From contig OX597823.1 of NCBI GenBank assembly GCA_951406725.2, forward strand, positions 13,392,001-13,456,000: a stretch of 64,000 nucleotides of DNA, written 5' to 3'. The position numbers and the translations under genes are program-made. The notes below the pieces were generated by a model, which was not told the origin of the DNA, did not search any database, and was given only the letters and a program-made list of their open reading frames with translations. This document shows positions 1 to 15,165 of this stretch, in pieces; position 1 is the stretch's first letter, and each line of letters starts with the position of its first letter. The stretch comes from Octopus vulgaris (Eukaryota).

Positions 1-997
1 ACGAACTTTCCGGACAACCCAATATATCCGTATGTATGTATGTATGTATGTATGTATGTATGTATGTATGTATGTATGTGTGTGTGTTTTATGTATGTTT
101 GTATTCATGTATGTATGTGTGTATCTATGTCTGTATATGTATGTAAAGAAGGAAATATTTTATGAAGCGCCGGTGGTTAGCCAATATTTTAACACACCTC
201 TTCAGTTAGCTGCTTAAATTTAACAATCTGTTTGCTAAGCTATAACAGTTTAAACCTCGATTTATGTATAGCAATATCGGCAATAAAAATATCAAAATAT
301 CACTTCATTAAAATATTTCATTAATATAATATAAGCTAAAATCTGATAACCAAATTAGTATGGTATATGTTTGAAAAAGTCAGTCTCAGAAATTGACAAA
401 GAATTTTTTTTTCTCGAGTGTATTAATGAAAGTAACGTTTCAATGTTTAAGACGTTAACTTAATGTAAGGAAGTTTAGCGTAAGCCTGCAGTTTGTTAAC
501 TGAATTGGTGGATCTGGAGTAACTGTCAAGGAAGACACTTTTGGATCAGAAGGTCAGGAAGCGACTACACGAGGTGATGAATATGAAGTTCCAAATCAGT
601 TCATGGATATAATCTTCTATGATGAGCTGCGGGTAATGTGACATTAGCATTGCAAGAACAAATGAAGTCGAGGGTTAGGCAGGGCGATAGATAAGTTACA
701 TGAAATAACCATAATTAACCGCACTATACAGATGGAGGTTAAAATATCTGTGGATAGAAAACGAAGGAGGAACGTGCAGAAATTGTAGTATGGGGGAAAA
801 TAAGAGATAAGCGTACATACGTAAATGAGCAGTTCAACCGATACATAACTCTATGCACACATATATTTCGATTCTTTCTGCATGTATTTATATACATATG
901 TATGCATCAATCTACACACATACACACGCACATATAATGTATATCTATATAAAATGTGTATATGTTTATGCATATATATATATATATGTGTGTGTGA

Positions 998-1200
998 CCT
1001 CGCGAGTACCGCCAGCGATTTTTTTTCCTTTGTCTTCCCTTCTCGGGATCTTTCCTTCTCCTATGTTTCCGACGAAGAGCTCCGCTCGAAACGTTAAACA
1101 CTCCTTCTTCCCTTCTTTCCTGAGCGTCCAATAATACTTTATTTGTTCCACGTCCTCGCGGTGCTGTGTATTTTTTTGTGTTTTCTTGTTTGGATTAACT
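998..1200 (+). mobile_element. PLE-type terminal (pLTR) fragment with minimal hammerhead motif
   Basis: Between TA/TG microsatellites; contains tgttt-CCGACGA-A-gagc-tcc-gctc-GAAA-cg-TT-aaaca at 1064-1100. Confidence 0.6.
1064..1100 (+). ncRNA. Minimal type-I hammerhead ribozyme motif (U4C, extra A after A9)
   Basis: Helix I tgttt/aaaca, helix II gagc/gctc, GAAA, palindromic AACGTT helix III. Confidence 0.6.
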
Positions 1201-1217
1201 ATATATATATATATATA

Positions 1218-1370
1218 TTCATTCGCCATGTTGGACTGTTTTTCCTTCTGTTGAAGAGCGTAGGCCCGAAATGTGAAAGACTTATTCATTTTTCCCGAGC
1301 GTCAAACATATTCACTTGCTTGTTGTTCATACACCTGCCTTTGTCTTTCGTTTTTCTATAAATTTCAACT
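1218..1370 (+). mobile_element. PLE-type terminal fragment, same family as 42500-42685, degenerate HHR
   Basis: CTGTTGA-A-gagc-gtag-gccc-GAAA at 1248-1271; aligns by eye with 42541-42660. Confidence 0.5.
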
Positions 1371-1488
1371 ATATACATACATACATACATACATGCATAC
1401 ATATATTTTTATATTCATGCATATATATTTATATATATACTATAATTACATATATGTGTATATATGTATATATGTGTATATATATGTA

Positions 1489-1558
<70 letters not shown>

Positions 1559-1559
1559 A

Positions 1560-1594
<35 letters not shown>

Positions 1595-1957
1595 TATGTA
1601 TGTATGTGTGTATATGTGTGTATATTTGTGTGTAAATATTGCGTATATTTGTGATTGTCTATATTTATACGTGTGTGTGTGTGAATTACATGAGGTAGAT
1701 TAAGGGCATTGTTTTGTTATAGAAATATAGATATTAGGAAAGCCTTATTAATGCGAAAAAATTTCTGATTTCTTTTTTTATACTTGAAATTTATGTCTTC
1801 TCTAAATAGTATTGTATTAAACTGCTGTTCGTTTCTAGTCTCTGAAGGGCAAATATAATCTTCTTGTCTCGTAATATTTTTCTCCATGTCTTTCTACGTT
1901 ATTGTCAGTTCACCATCTGACAAAAAAACTGAATAATAAGAATAGCGAGAAAAAAAA

Positions 1958-2335
<378 letters not shown>

Positions 2336-3799
2336 TTTCCCGGCGAGATGGCAGAATCGTTATCACGCCTAGGACACCCAGGGCTTGCTCTAGATAGACA
2401 TTCTCTTAGCTTATATTTAGTTCTATTTTTGATCTCGTGACGGTAGAAGAGAGACAAGAAAAACGATGCATGTGTACGAACAAGTACAGACTCCTCGATA
2501 CTTATATGCGTGCATGGGCACAAACACACACACTCACACACACAACACACACACACACACGCACACGTACACACACGCATGCTTGCCTGTGCCTAACCGT
2601 GCATGCAAACGCAAGTGTCGTTGAATTTGCATGTGTTCATCTGTGCACGTGAATATGTATATATGCGTATACGCATAAGACAGCTTGTCTGCACTCCTTT
2701 GGCTCCTTTTTCCTGTCCATCTTCCCGCCTTCGAGACTTGCATAGTTACATACAAGCGTGATTGTCTTGTGTTTTTAATCACGTCTTTGCATGTCTGTGC
2801 ATCTCTGCGTGAGGCGCACATACGTGCATTTGTGCGTGAGGTGTACTTGTGAGCTGTGTGTGTGTGAGAGAGGCCGCCTCTGCGTATATCGATCCGCGTA
2901 CCTGTGTCTGACTACGCCTCTCTGCGAACATCCACATTCTTTGTTATTAGTCTTGTCTACAATTGACACCAGCCAGAAGGCTGAGATATAAGCTGAGTCA
3001 ATATCCTACAGAAATTCATCAATTTTTGGTGTCCTAATACCTCTTCGATCTTGCGTCAGATTATATCTCTCCCTCCGGTAGCGAGGAACCGATCGCACGC
3101 CGCAGAAACAGCAGAGTATAAAGCCACTGGAGCGGCCTATATTAACCATTACATTCTACATCTGCACTGAGTACTTCTCTCGGTCAATACTTACCAATAT
3201 ATTCATACATTATAAGTCATATTTGTTGTAATGAAAGGATGTAGAAGCGATGGAATTCAGCCAATAATTTGAGTATAAATTAAACGTAATTATATACACA
3301 TGACAATCGTAAAAGTGCGTTGATAAAGATATATGGCTATGTATGGTTGAATAAGTTAGGAAAAGTAAGGGGGTTTGTATGGAGAAAGAAGTGCTACAAT
3401 GCTAGAATAAGGATGTAAACAGAAAGGAAAAGAGGAGAAAGGATGAATTAAAAAGATGAGCGTTTATGCGTACAAGATAGAAAACAAAGAGAAAAGTAAG
3501 AAAGTTACAATTCTGGTTGGACAGGTTTCAGTAGATTAGCTGGCACTACATAAGCGTCTAGTTCTTAACTTGGTTATATGTAGTGTAGGAAAGTAGTGAT
3601 TAGTTGTATATTATTGTTTTGGTTCATTTAAGCTTGTTTGAAAACACAGAGGCGGGGGATTAGATTTACATGCTAACACAAGGTTTTCTTGGACACAAAT
3701 TTGAATGCAACCCACAAGCCTACATTGGAAATTTGTATCGAAGCAAATCTTCAGCTGAGCAAAAGTTTTATTTTTAAACACTAGCTTTCTAGATAAATG

Positions 3800-3843
3800 T
3801 ATAAATAGATAGATAAATAGATAGAAGACAGACAGACAAACAA

Positions 3844-3936
<93 letters not shown>

Positions 3937-3938
3937 CA
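3800..3938. repeat. (AGAT)n microsatellite
   Basis: Directly visible. Confidence 0.95.
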
Positions 3939-4723
3939 GGTAAGTAAATAATAATTCCCTGTCGTATTCACTCCACTGTTTCTCAGAATTTTACTCAGAC
4001 AACACACCTTTAGGAAACATTGTGTGATTAAAAGATAAGGAATTACTTGGTGACTGACGTTGCACTTGTAAAGTGGCTTCTTATTTATTTGTTCTTAATC
4101 TCTGGTAAAATTGGTCATATATATTTAACTTATTACTACACTTAATTTATGTTACTGTGGCATGCATTACCGCTACTTTTAATCTAATATACGTTACAGA
4201 AGCAAAATTTAGGACTATCCACTACGACAGTAATAATTGTAAAAGCCTATTTTGGTTGATGTAAATCCGATTTTATAGACAATATTTTAAAGAGGTTTAT
4301 AATGGAAAATTATTTGTAACCATCTTTATCGACATTCCTTCTGATGACACTGAGATGAAGCTGGTTATAATCTGGAGATATTAACCGCGATAGAATATCA
4401 AATAGCAATATCAATATTTTTCAACGTTATTAAAATACATGGTGGTCTTTGATCACTATGTTTCCATATGAAAGGTAAAACAGGTGACGAATTTTTTCCT
4501 ATCCCATGTACTGAATGTATATAGATGTTGAATGAAATGGACATTGAAAGTGTTTGCTGTTAGACTCACATATTTCCTTTGAATAACTCCCGAAGTTATA
4601 ATAGTTGCACTTTATAGAAATGTTTCTGATCCTCAGAGTAGATATGCAAATGGAATTCGTCAACTTCAGGATAGAGGATGCATTGATAGTTGTATGAGTA
4701 TGCACTTGTAGTTTTAAACTTGG

Positions 4724-4760
<37 letters not shown>

Positions 4761-6289
4761 TTTATATAAATATACACACATACGCACGCACACACACATA
4801 CACATACATACATACGTGTGTGTGTGTATTTAGATGCATGTATACCTGTGTGTATTCTTGAGTAGGTTTCTAAAAGAAGTATAGTTACATTTGCCACTCA
4901 CACATTCAGCTATATTTATTTTGTTTATGGTTATACATATATGTGTGTACTACTCTATGTGTGTGTGTGTGAGCCAGAACATATGCTCACGCACATTTGT
5001 CAGGGTGTATATGTGTGTGTGTATGTTTATATACACATATGCATATACATCTATGCGTATCTCGGTATGTATATGTGCACGTACCTATGAGTGTGTGCGC
5101 AGTAATTTCCCTTAAGAAAAGTGACAATTACTCAGCTGCACATAACAAGAAAATGAGTTAGAAAAATCTAATAAAAATAACAGCCATCTTTAAAAGAAAA
5201 CAACTAAATTTTACTGAAATATGAGACTAGTGAACCGTAAAGCATTAAACTATGCAACTTGTTTCTTCGTTGATGCTATTGATCTCGCAGCCACCTGCAA
5301 AGAATTCTTATTAGCAATGTGAAACAAAAAAATTAATACTAAAAGAACAAATAATATGCAAACACAAATGAATATCATTTTCTTCAGAGAAAAAAAAAAC
5401 GTATATATGAAGCAAACATTCTTTATCTCGCAATACTTGATGTAAAACTATTATAAATTAGCTATTCTTCAAAGAGCTGCTATAAAGTAAGATGAGTTAG
5501 CACGAGGTGAACGATTTTATACTTACATTTTACACTAATATCGTTAATAGAAAAGGAAAGAGAAAATAACAGAAAATAAAAATGTATAGATTGTTACCGA
5601 CGCACTTATTTTAAAGGTAATATAATTAAAATATTTCTTATGCTTATTATAAACTCTTGGACGTTTAATATTGATATTCTTGCATAGGCATAAGCCAACT
5701 CTTGATGTTTGATTATTCATGACATTAGGAATAATTTCTTGTCGCATTTTTTTGCTTCGGTGTTTTACATTCTGGGTTCTAAACCCATCCCATCAAAACT
5801 GATCCCTTTGCGGAGTCGGTGAGATATTTATTAGAAAGGGGCTGTTTGGAAGAGTCATTACAGTCTCGGGTATGATTTTTTACAATAGTTGTGAAAGCTT
5901 AATATACACTGAGTTAAAATTCTACCGAGGTAACATTGCTTGCATCATTTGGGGATTGATAAATAAGTATCAGTTCCGCAGAGAGATAGATTCTTCTCTT
6001 CAGTTCACTCTTTCTTTCTCTTTATCGGTCTCTGTGATTTTTACTGCTGGAATAAAACGAAGCAAGTGAGGGTTGGGCTCCATCAGTTCTAAAATTGCCG
6101 GTGAGACGTTTCTTACGACGGTGCCTCTACACCTCCCTCAGGAATTGAGAATCCATCACATTTCTATATAATACTTAACCTAGTACTGGAAATTGATACG
6201 ATAATGATATAAAATTCCTTTTTCAATTTGATTTTAGCTCTTGGCGACATCCACTTGAGATTTATTTTCCGGAGAACGATATATATAAT

Positions 6290-6618
6290 ACAATTGCAGC
6301 GTGGAAGGTGTTTGTAAGCCATTTAAGAAACACACAAAAGCCGTTCGATTCACTTCAACATTTAAGTTTAATTGGTCAAAATATTTTCGTGGCTTTAAGA
6401 CCGCGACCTGTTCATAGATGCAGCACGGATTTTTGTCAGTGAACAGGTCGCGGTCTTAAAGCGACGAAAATATTTTGACAAATTAAACTTAAATGTTGAA
6501 GTGAATCGAACGGATTTTGTGTGTTTCTTAAATGGCTTACAAACACCTTCCACGCTGCAATTGTTTTCGTTTCAGCACACGATCTCAGATCAAATCACTT
6601 GCTATGCAAGTACATCTC
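6290..6618 (+). mobile_element. Foldback PLE-type non-autonomous element with 13-bp flanking direct repeat
   Basis: Inverted arms 6290-6414 / 6440-6564 (about 125 bp, few mismatches), unique 3' tail 6565-6618, flanked by cgatatatataat at 6277-6289 and 6619-6631. Confidence 0.8.
6432..6482 (+). ncRNA. Minimal hammerhead ribozyme, G3:C8 variant
   Basis: tttgtca-GTGAACA-g-gtcgc-ggtcttaaa-gcgac-GAAA-atat-TT-tgacaaa; 7-bp helix I, 5-bp helix II, palindromic AATATT helix III. Confidence 0.7.
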
Positions 6619-7819
6619 CGATATATATAATGGAGCAGACGATAAGTTGGAATATTTCAGGTTGTGACTAAATTCCTTACAGTATTTAATTATGAATTTT
6701 AGCATTCTGATTTGATGTTGACTTGTCCTGTACATGTAATCTGCTAGTGGGATTTTTTTCTTTTACTTCACAACATCATTCTTATGCTAGAGGTTAACAT
6801 AAATAACCATCCTGGACCAGCTATATTTTTCCGAGAACAAAATATTAGACACCATTTCGATACTCGATTCAATTCGTTTTATTCTTGGTAACGCTAGCAT
6901 ATTCTGAAAAAGTCATTAATACAATATTTAATTTTCTCTTTTAAGTGGTCCCGTTATAAATATATACATATTTAATTTTTCTGCAAAATGGAAACAACTT
7001 TTCTTATGCTTAATATGTTCATTTCTCCATTCTCTGTCCACTTTGCCCATATTAAATTCCCTATGCAAATAAACAAATGTGAATATAATCTATCTCACGG
7101 ATATTTACTTTCCAAGAACTTATGGTGGAAAAGCACCAATACCCTCCAACACGACTACACTCTCTACTATTGAAATACTATTTAAACACTAAATTCATAA
7201 TCCTAATAATGATATAAAATTGCGCAAATTTTAAATATCATTATTTCTAAAATAATAGTGATATTTTATAGTGACATCAGCTGAATTTTTAACTCAGACC
7301 TGACTGGCACAGAATTTTTTTTAAATTCTTTGACACAATCATAGGAATAAACGCGGTGCATATTTTTATTTTTATCTATGTATTTATTAATTCCTTTTTG
7401 TCTGAGCCTAAATGTTATGTGAAAAGAAAAAAAAAACGTAATGCCAAGAGCGGATCTGTCAACCAATATGTGCAACTAAATGGATTCTGGTAAACATGAC
7501 CAAGGCTAGATTTTGGTGATAAAACAGATAACTGGTTACGTTTACCAACCAAAAACGTAGCCGGCTCACAGACAGTGTGTATCTAGCAAATTTTACTTAA
7601 ATGACTTCGGTCAACTGGAGAGACGGATAGAAAATATTTGCAAAAGATGTCATAGAGATGATGTGAAATAGAACCTGAAAAAGGCAGCAGTAACAATGAT
7701 AATATACTTTCTAACTAGTCAGGGTCATTCTTTTTTCATATCTCTTTCCATCTCTCACTAATAGTAACATTCTTGTTGGCTTCTGTGTTCTGTTATATAT
7801 ATGTCTTTATATATAAATA

Positions 7820-8412
<593 letters not shown>

Positions 8413-9127
8413 CTAATAACATCTATTAATCATGTAAGATAACAAGAAACAATGCAGAAGGAAGTGAGAGTCAGAGATAGTAAGAGAGTTAAGAAAAGTA
8501 ATTAAAGCAAAAGGAATAAATAAGGAATGAAACAAAGTAAGATAGATATAAAACAAAACAAAAAAATTAGATGAATGAAAGAAGTCTAGAAAAAAAAAAA
8601 AGAAAATTAAGACAGGAGACAGAGAATATGGAAGTCGATCAAAATCGATGATGGAGCGAGTAAAATGAAAAGACACGGTGATGAATTGGCAGCTGAAAAA
8701 GATCAGTAGAAGTTACCAGAGAAAGAGTAGTAATGTTTTTGTAGAGGTTCACTACGTAAGGAAATGATCTTATTTGTCTCGGCATTGTGGCTTCCAATAG
8801 GAAATTATGGTTATTCTCAGTCTCCAAACATCGATTGTATGTGCGTCCTATTCAAGTGTTGTTTCGGCAGATCCTAAAATATGACGTAAGACAGACAGAC
8901 AGTAAAGAAGATTTCTCTCCAAGTCTTCTCTCCAAGAATTTTTCTTCCAACTGTGGAAAAAAAATATCTTGCCATTGTTAACGTAGAGAAAAAAAAAAAG
9001 TTTTAGCGTTTTTTTTGTGTGTGTGCGCGTGTGTGTGTTTGCGTGTTTGTGTGTGTGTGAGTTTGTGTGAGTGTGTGCGTGCGTGCGTGTGTGTGTGATT
9101 GCTCTTGCTCTTGTTATTGGCCAAGAT

Positions 9128-9128
9128 A

Positions 9129-9189
<61 letters not shown>

Positions 9190-9399
9190 TGTGGTTGTGG
9201 TGGTGGTCGTCGTCGTAGTGGTGGTGGTGATGGTGGTGGTGGTGATAAGCGACTCCATCATTTTCGATTTGCTGTTTTCTCTTCAGTTTATTCTACTACC
9301 TTGCTTTTTTCTTCTAGATCCTTCTTTCTCTGTATTTATCCACCTATCTATCTGCCTATCTTTCTATCTATCTATCTATATATCTATCTATCTATCTAC

Positions 9400-9430
<31 letters not shown>

Positions 9431-9739
9431 CCTATCTATATATCTATCTATCTACCTATTTATATCATATACTTCTTTCTCATTTCATCGTCCTCTACTT
9501 CTCATACAGATGTCACATGATGCGATTTTATTCGTCATCTCTCTATATTTCGCTCTTTGTTTTTTTCTTTTCTGAGTGCCACTTTTTTCTTCCTATTCTT
9601 CTTCTTCCTCCTTCTTTTCTTCTTTTTCTTCTTCTTCTTCTTCTTCTTCTTCTTCTTCTTCTTCTTCTTCTTCTTCTTCTTCTTCTTCTTCTTCTTCGTC
9701 TTCTTCTTCTCCTTCTTCTTCTTCTCCTTATTCTTTATC

Positions 9740-9771
<32 letters not shown>

Positions 9772-9850
9772 TTATTTCTTCTTCTTCTTCTTTTCTAACT
9801 ACTACTACTACTGCTGCTGCTGCCTCTACTACTACTACCACCACCACCAT

Positions 9851-9913
<63 letters not shown>

Positions 9914-10400
9914 CACTACTTCATTTTTTTTTTTACTTTTTCAAATTCTTGCTCTTGTTCTTTATCCTCTGGCTTTTTTCTAACGTCTTTTCCAATCATC
10001 GCCTTCAGCTTTTTCTCTTACTTGATTGATTACCCGTTGTTTGTTTCAAACATGTACTCCCCATACCCGACTTCTATTTCTATTTTCTTATCTCCATACT
10101 TTACTTCGCTGTTTTTTTTTTTTTGTTGTTTTTTCTCATCAACCATCATCAACAACAACAGCAGCAGCATCTTTATTCTCAGCATCCCTCATCGTCATTC
10201 TCATGAATAGCAGCATCTCTCTCATTACCAGCAGCATCATAATCACATTCTTCACCCCCCACCCACCCCCACCACCAGTACCACCACTATAGGCAGCAAA
10301 TTCGTCTCCACCACCACCACGAACACCACGAACACCAACACCAACACCACCATCACCATTATCACCACCACAACTAACGCCACTAACATGTTCATCTTCA
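9128..10400. repeat. Cluster of (GTA)n, (GGT)n, (TCTA)n, (CTT)n, (CTA)n, (CAC)n microsatellites
   Basis: Directly visible. Confidence 0.9.
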
Positions 10401-10955
10401 TCTTCCGTGTCTTCCTTCAACGATTAGATGGGATATATATTTTTTTCTTCCTTTCTTTCTGTGTAAATGTTGCTGTACACGGTTGCCACACAACGAAATA
10501 TGACATCTCAATACATATCCTGCTTCAATTCACTCACTTTAATTGGCAAGAGAATTTGTTTATGACAATAAAATTTCATAAATGAAAAATACCAAAATGC
10601 AAAATACAAAAACTAATGCAAAGGAAAACTAAATATTATGTAAAGATCACATTGAACAGCAAAGATTCAGCCAAGATTTTATTGCCAATTCCATTTCTGA
10701 CAACCATTATGAGCGAAAATGATTTTCCTTCGAAATGTAAGATGGAATGTAATGTTTTCTGATTTACGGAACTGTCAGAATATCTAGCCAGCAGCTGATG
10801 CTTGAACGCTTGGTCATGTGCACGTTTTCAGTGCACATAAGTAGTTTAGTGACCTATCCATTCCTAAAGAATTTAGATATCACCTTACTAAAGACAGTCT
10901 CACTATTACTGTCCTATGTCTGTATCCATCACTAAGGGAAACATGCACACACACA

Positions 10956-11080
<125 letters not shown>

Positions 11081-11753
11081 TATACATATGTGTGTATATA
11101 TATATATGTGTGTATATAAGTTGTGTACAGAAATTCGGGGTGAGTACTTGATAATTGCAAGCACCTGTATATACCCTTTGGTGGTGTAGGTGGTGGAGTA
11201 AATTAATCAAAATAAAAACATGATACCAAGGATTCAGCGGTACATATGTTTCGGGCCTTTATTAGACGGATTTATAACAATGCATAATGTGTGCCTGTGG
11301 CCTTCTTCAGCCGCGCACAACTACTTCCTCAAGGACATGTATTACATCAAAAATTCTTGGTTGGGGATGCAAATCCTCTCATTCGCGTACGACATAATGC
11401 GGCAACAGCATAAAAATGAAGCGTCCATCTCGTTCTTCTCTCAATGTAGAATGAGGAAGTTTGGATGTTGAGGTAATATAAATAAATGAATAAATAAATA
11501 TATACATATATAAATACAGACAGACGTGAAGGAACCTGGTAATAAGAGCAAAAAGAGATAAAGATGGAGGAGCGAGAATTCAGGACGAAGGATAAAAAAT
11601 ATATAAAAAGTGTAAGTATGTGTGTATATATATATGTGTATATATATATGTATATATATAATTAAATTTATAAATGAGGGTGAAAAATTTGATATTAATT
11701 TAATAATACCATCAATTTAACACCAAGTGGCTTAGCACATACAAACCAAGGCA

Positions 11754-11819
<66 letters not shown>

Positions 11820-11844
11820 GCATGTATGTATGTATATGTTTGTG

Positions 11845-12045
11845 TGTTTGTGATTGTCCCCCCAACATCGCTTGAAACCGATTCTTTTTTTTTTTTGCGT
11901 CCCCTTAACTTAGCTGTTCGGCAAAAGAAACCGATAGAATAAGTTATAGGCTTACAAAGAATAAGTACTGGGGTCGACTTACACGACTAATGGCGGTGCT
12001 CCAGCATGGTCGCAGTCAAATGACTGCAACAAGTAAAAGAGTATA
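11845..12045 (+). mobile_element. SINE family B, 3' half
   Basis: Matches 54470-54628; ends gctccagcatggtcgcagtcaaatgactgcaacaagtaaaagagta. Confidence 0.8.
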
Positions 12046-12842
12046 TCTGTGAGTATAGGTGCAGTAGTCATGACTCTGTGGTTTTGGGTTTGATCCTACT
12101 GCATGGCATCTTGAGCAAGTGTTTTCTTCTCTAGCACAAGGCTGTGAGTGAAATTTAGTAGACGCCACGCAGGAGCTCAGTTTTGTATACGTGCAAGCAT
12201 GTACGCGTTTTTTGTCTTTATACGCGGAGAGCTGTGACACTATGCCTAACATAACCAGAATCTGGTACCTCAGATTTTAGACATGCATAGATGTTGAAAC
12301 TTGTGGTTGACATCATGACATCCTGTCACAGAATACTGCATCAATGGAATCTTGCTCAACTAATAAAAGCATATAAAAATGTAGGCGTAAAATATGATAA
12401 AAAGAAAATTTTTGCATTTTGTGTGTAGATAAGCGGGTATATGTATTCACGTACATATACAGTCAAATTTTCACTTGCTTCACTAATTGAACAGCGACCA
12501 TGCACTGTCTTAGCGATTCTTAGTCATTGATATAAACCTCAGTAGCTATTTTAATCCAGTTCCTGTTTTCGTGATGCTATTTGTCAAACTGCAAAGTTAT
12601 GGGACATAACTTAAACATAAATCGTTAGATGGGTACAAGAAATCAAGCACACGCACACACACACACGCACACACACACACACACACATCCATAGGTTTCT
12701 GAACGCTTTGTAGACCAATTTCTACTTTAAAGATATTGTTTAAGACTGCAGTAGTATTGAACCTAGAATCACATGTTTGCAAAATTGAGCTTTTAACCCA
12801 AGTCATAGTTGTGCATATATACATATACATATACATACATAC

Positions 12843-12931
<89 letters not shown>

Positions 12932-13139
12932 CATATATATGTGTGTGTGTGTATGTATGTATGTATATATGTATGTATATATATGCATGAATGTATGTAT
13001 GTATACATATGTGTCTGTGTCTCTGTGTGTGAGTGTGTGTCGCTTTGCAGAGTAAAGAATACCTGAGGTGATTTTTTTATGATTTCCTTCATCCTTTTTC
13101 GTTTCTGTACCATTTCTTTTTTCTTATTTGTGCCCATGA

Positions 13140-13790
13140 GAATTTTCCCTCAGGCTCCCTCTGCCTCGCAGTTCTCCCCTTCGCCATGCAGCTTTTAATT
13201 TTCTGGACCAGTGAAATGTAATCACATCGGAGGTTCTGACACACTGATTGTTTATTAAGATATGCAGAGACGTTTTTCTCTCTAAGTACTTTCATCATGA
13301 TCCCCGCTCGTAGCAAGTGAAGATTGCTGCCTGTGTTGAATGGCTCTGTCACCGAGACGTCTGCAGTATTCGCAGTTTGTTGACCAGGATATAGTCAATT
13401 TCATTCTTGAACTGGACGTTTGAGGCTATCGAGGTCCATCTCCTAGATTGTTTCCTGAATGGGCTGTTACCAATAAAAAGTCTTCGTCTCCCTTCGATGG
13501 AAACACATATAATTATCTTTCGTTTCTCTCTCCCTATCCAATCTTGCCAACTTATCTCTCCCCCACCCACGTTCTTATCCAATCTTTGCATTGAAATCTC
13601 CGATTACTACGATGTAAGTGGATTTGTGAGCTAAGGTTAGGGTTTAGGGCTAGCATTTTCTCTAGCTCTTCAGAAAACACTTCCACTTCGCTAGCATTTG
13701 TGGGGATATAGATCTAGATGATCTTCTTCGTGGTATTTCGTAAGAGATGGAGGTTTAGCACTCAAATATGAGAAGAAGACAATTGACAGG
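13140..13790 (-). mobile_element. Decayed RTE-like LINE, apurinic endonuclease fragment
   Basis: Minus-strand LFIGNSPFRKQSRRWT...NEIDYILVNK resembles the APE motif NTFF..K....TW...NEIDYIL. Confidence 0.65.
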
Positions 13791-14769
13791 AGACAAGTTT
13801 AAGCCTTGTGACTGAGTTTAGATATACAGAAACTGTATAGAAGTCTTTCACAGTTTGTAGGTCCAGACCTGTCGCATTTGTATCATGCTAACTCTGACCG
13901 ACAGTTACGTTCATGTTTCATGTGTCATCCATTTCACACACTATTTCAATTAGTGGATCGTTCAAATCATCGAAAATCTAGGTGCACATATGTTGAAATC
14001 AACGTGAGAATCGATTCTGTCATAATACAAAGAATGGGAATGTAATCCATAGGATGCGTCTTTGATTATAGACCCACTCAATCACGAATGATTTACTGTT
14101 TAATCTTAGAGCTAAAGAATCAATTGAACGACTCACAACTTATTATAAAGAATGCCCCACGATATTCTAATATCTAGAAAGTCTGTCTGATTTGTGACAT
14201 AGCTATAGGTGATGGCTAAAATTTACTAGGATTATATTAATTATGAATCCTTAATTTATTAAGTATCCACTTCATTTTCCTTGAGAGTTACAAATAGTAC
14301 AACTAATGGCTCTTTGCTTCGTTAATTGATAAGCCATAGTTTCGTATCTTGTTACTGCTGATGCACAGACTTATCATTATACTATCTATGTTCCTTTAGA
14401 TATTGAGTACAAATATCGGTGATGTAATATTTCCTTTCATTTTCCCGAAGTAGTTAAAATAATTGACAGTCATGTCATACTGTCAGTTTTATGTGACTTT
14501 AGCCAATTTGAAATCAATAGTTCAATAAAATATCAATTAAGATAATACAAAGCTTGCTAATCGATCTTCGTTGTCTATAATGAGTCTCAAAAGGAACGAT
14601 GATTATCTACCTTTGGCTTTTTCAACCTCCACAGACTGGTGCTGTGCATGGGGTTGTTACTGAGCTTCAACTTCTTGACGTCAATGTTTGTTGGAAGGCC
14701 TATTTCAGCTGGAATGAAGGAAGTACTAGTCTCGTTAATTCAGAGAATACCATTCAGTGAATTGCTTAA

Positions 14770-15165
14770 TCTTTATATATAAAAGTGAGGTTGTGTGCTG
14801 TCTGTCTCCTACGATTTAGATTCCTAACTACTCCCACATTTTGCGGTGCAGTTTAACCAAAACCAGGTATCTTATAGTCGTGATTCATATCGAGCCCTTC
14901 TGGGTATTAGCGCGCGTCTACGATGAGTCTACGATTTAAAAAAAAATTACCATCAATTTTTCCCATTTTTAATGCATTTTTGGCATATATAAGGGAAGTA
15001 ACTCTCTAAAAATGTATTATTAAATCTCAGAACGTAAAAAGCTACAGTAACACCCCTCCCTTTGTGGTTAGCCATATTGAGATGGCTATTATACTTTACA
15101 TCTCTAAAAATGCTTATATAGTTATTTCCCTTACAAATCCGAGCAACGCCGGGCGATACTGCTAG
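14770..15165 (+). mobile_element. Non-autonomous Helitron-like element
   Basis: 5' TC (A|TCtttatatataaaa), 3' CTAG|T, GC-rich subterminal hairpin-like ccgagcaacgccggg about 12 bp from the end; inserted in an AT dinucleotide without TSD. Confidence 0.75.

Noticed and set aside
480-800. Possible old CR1/Jockey-like 3' remnant on the minus strand
   Set aside because: Only vague resemblance; no continuous motif recoverable
11655-11755. Short unique insert in (TA)n, possibly another PLE tail
   Set aside because: No HHR core or inverted arm visible
13632-13652. Telomere-like ttagggtttaggg
   Set aside because: Only two imperfect units inside a LINE remnant
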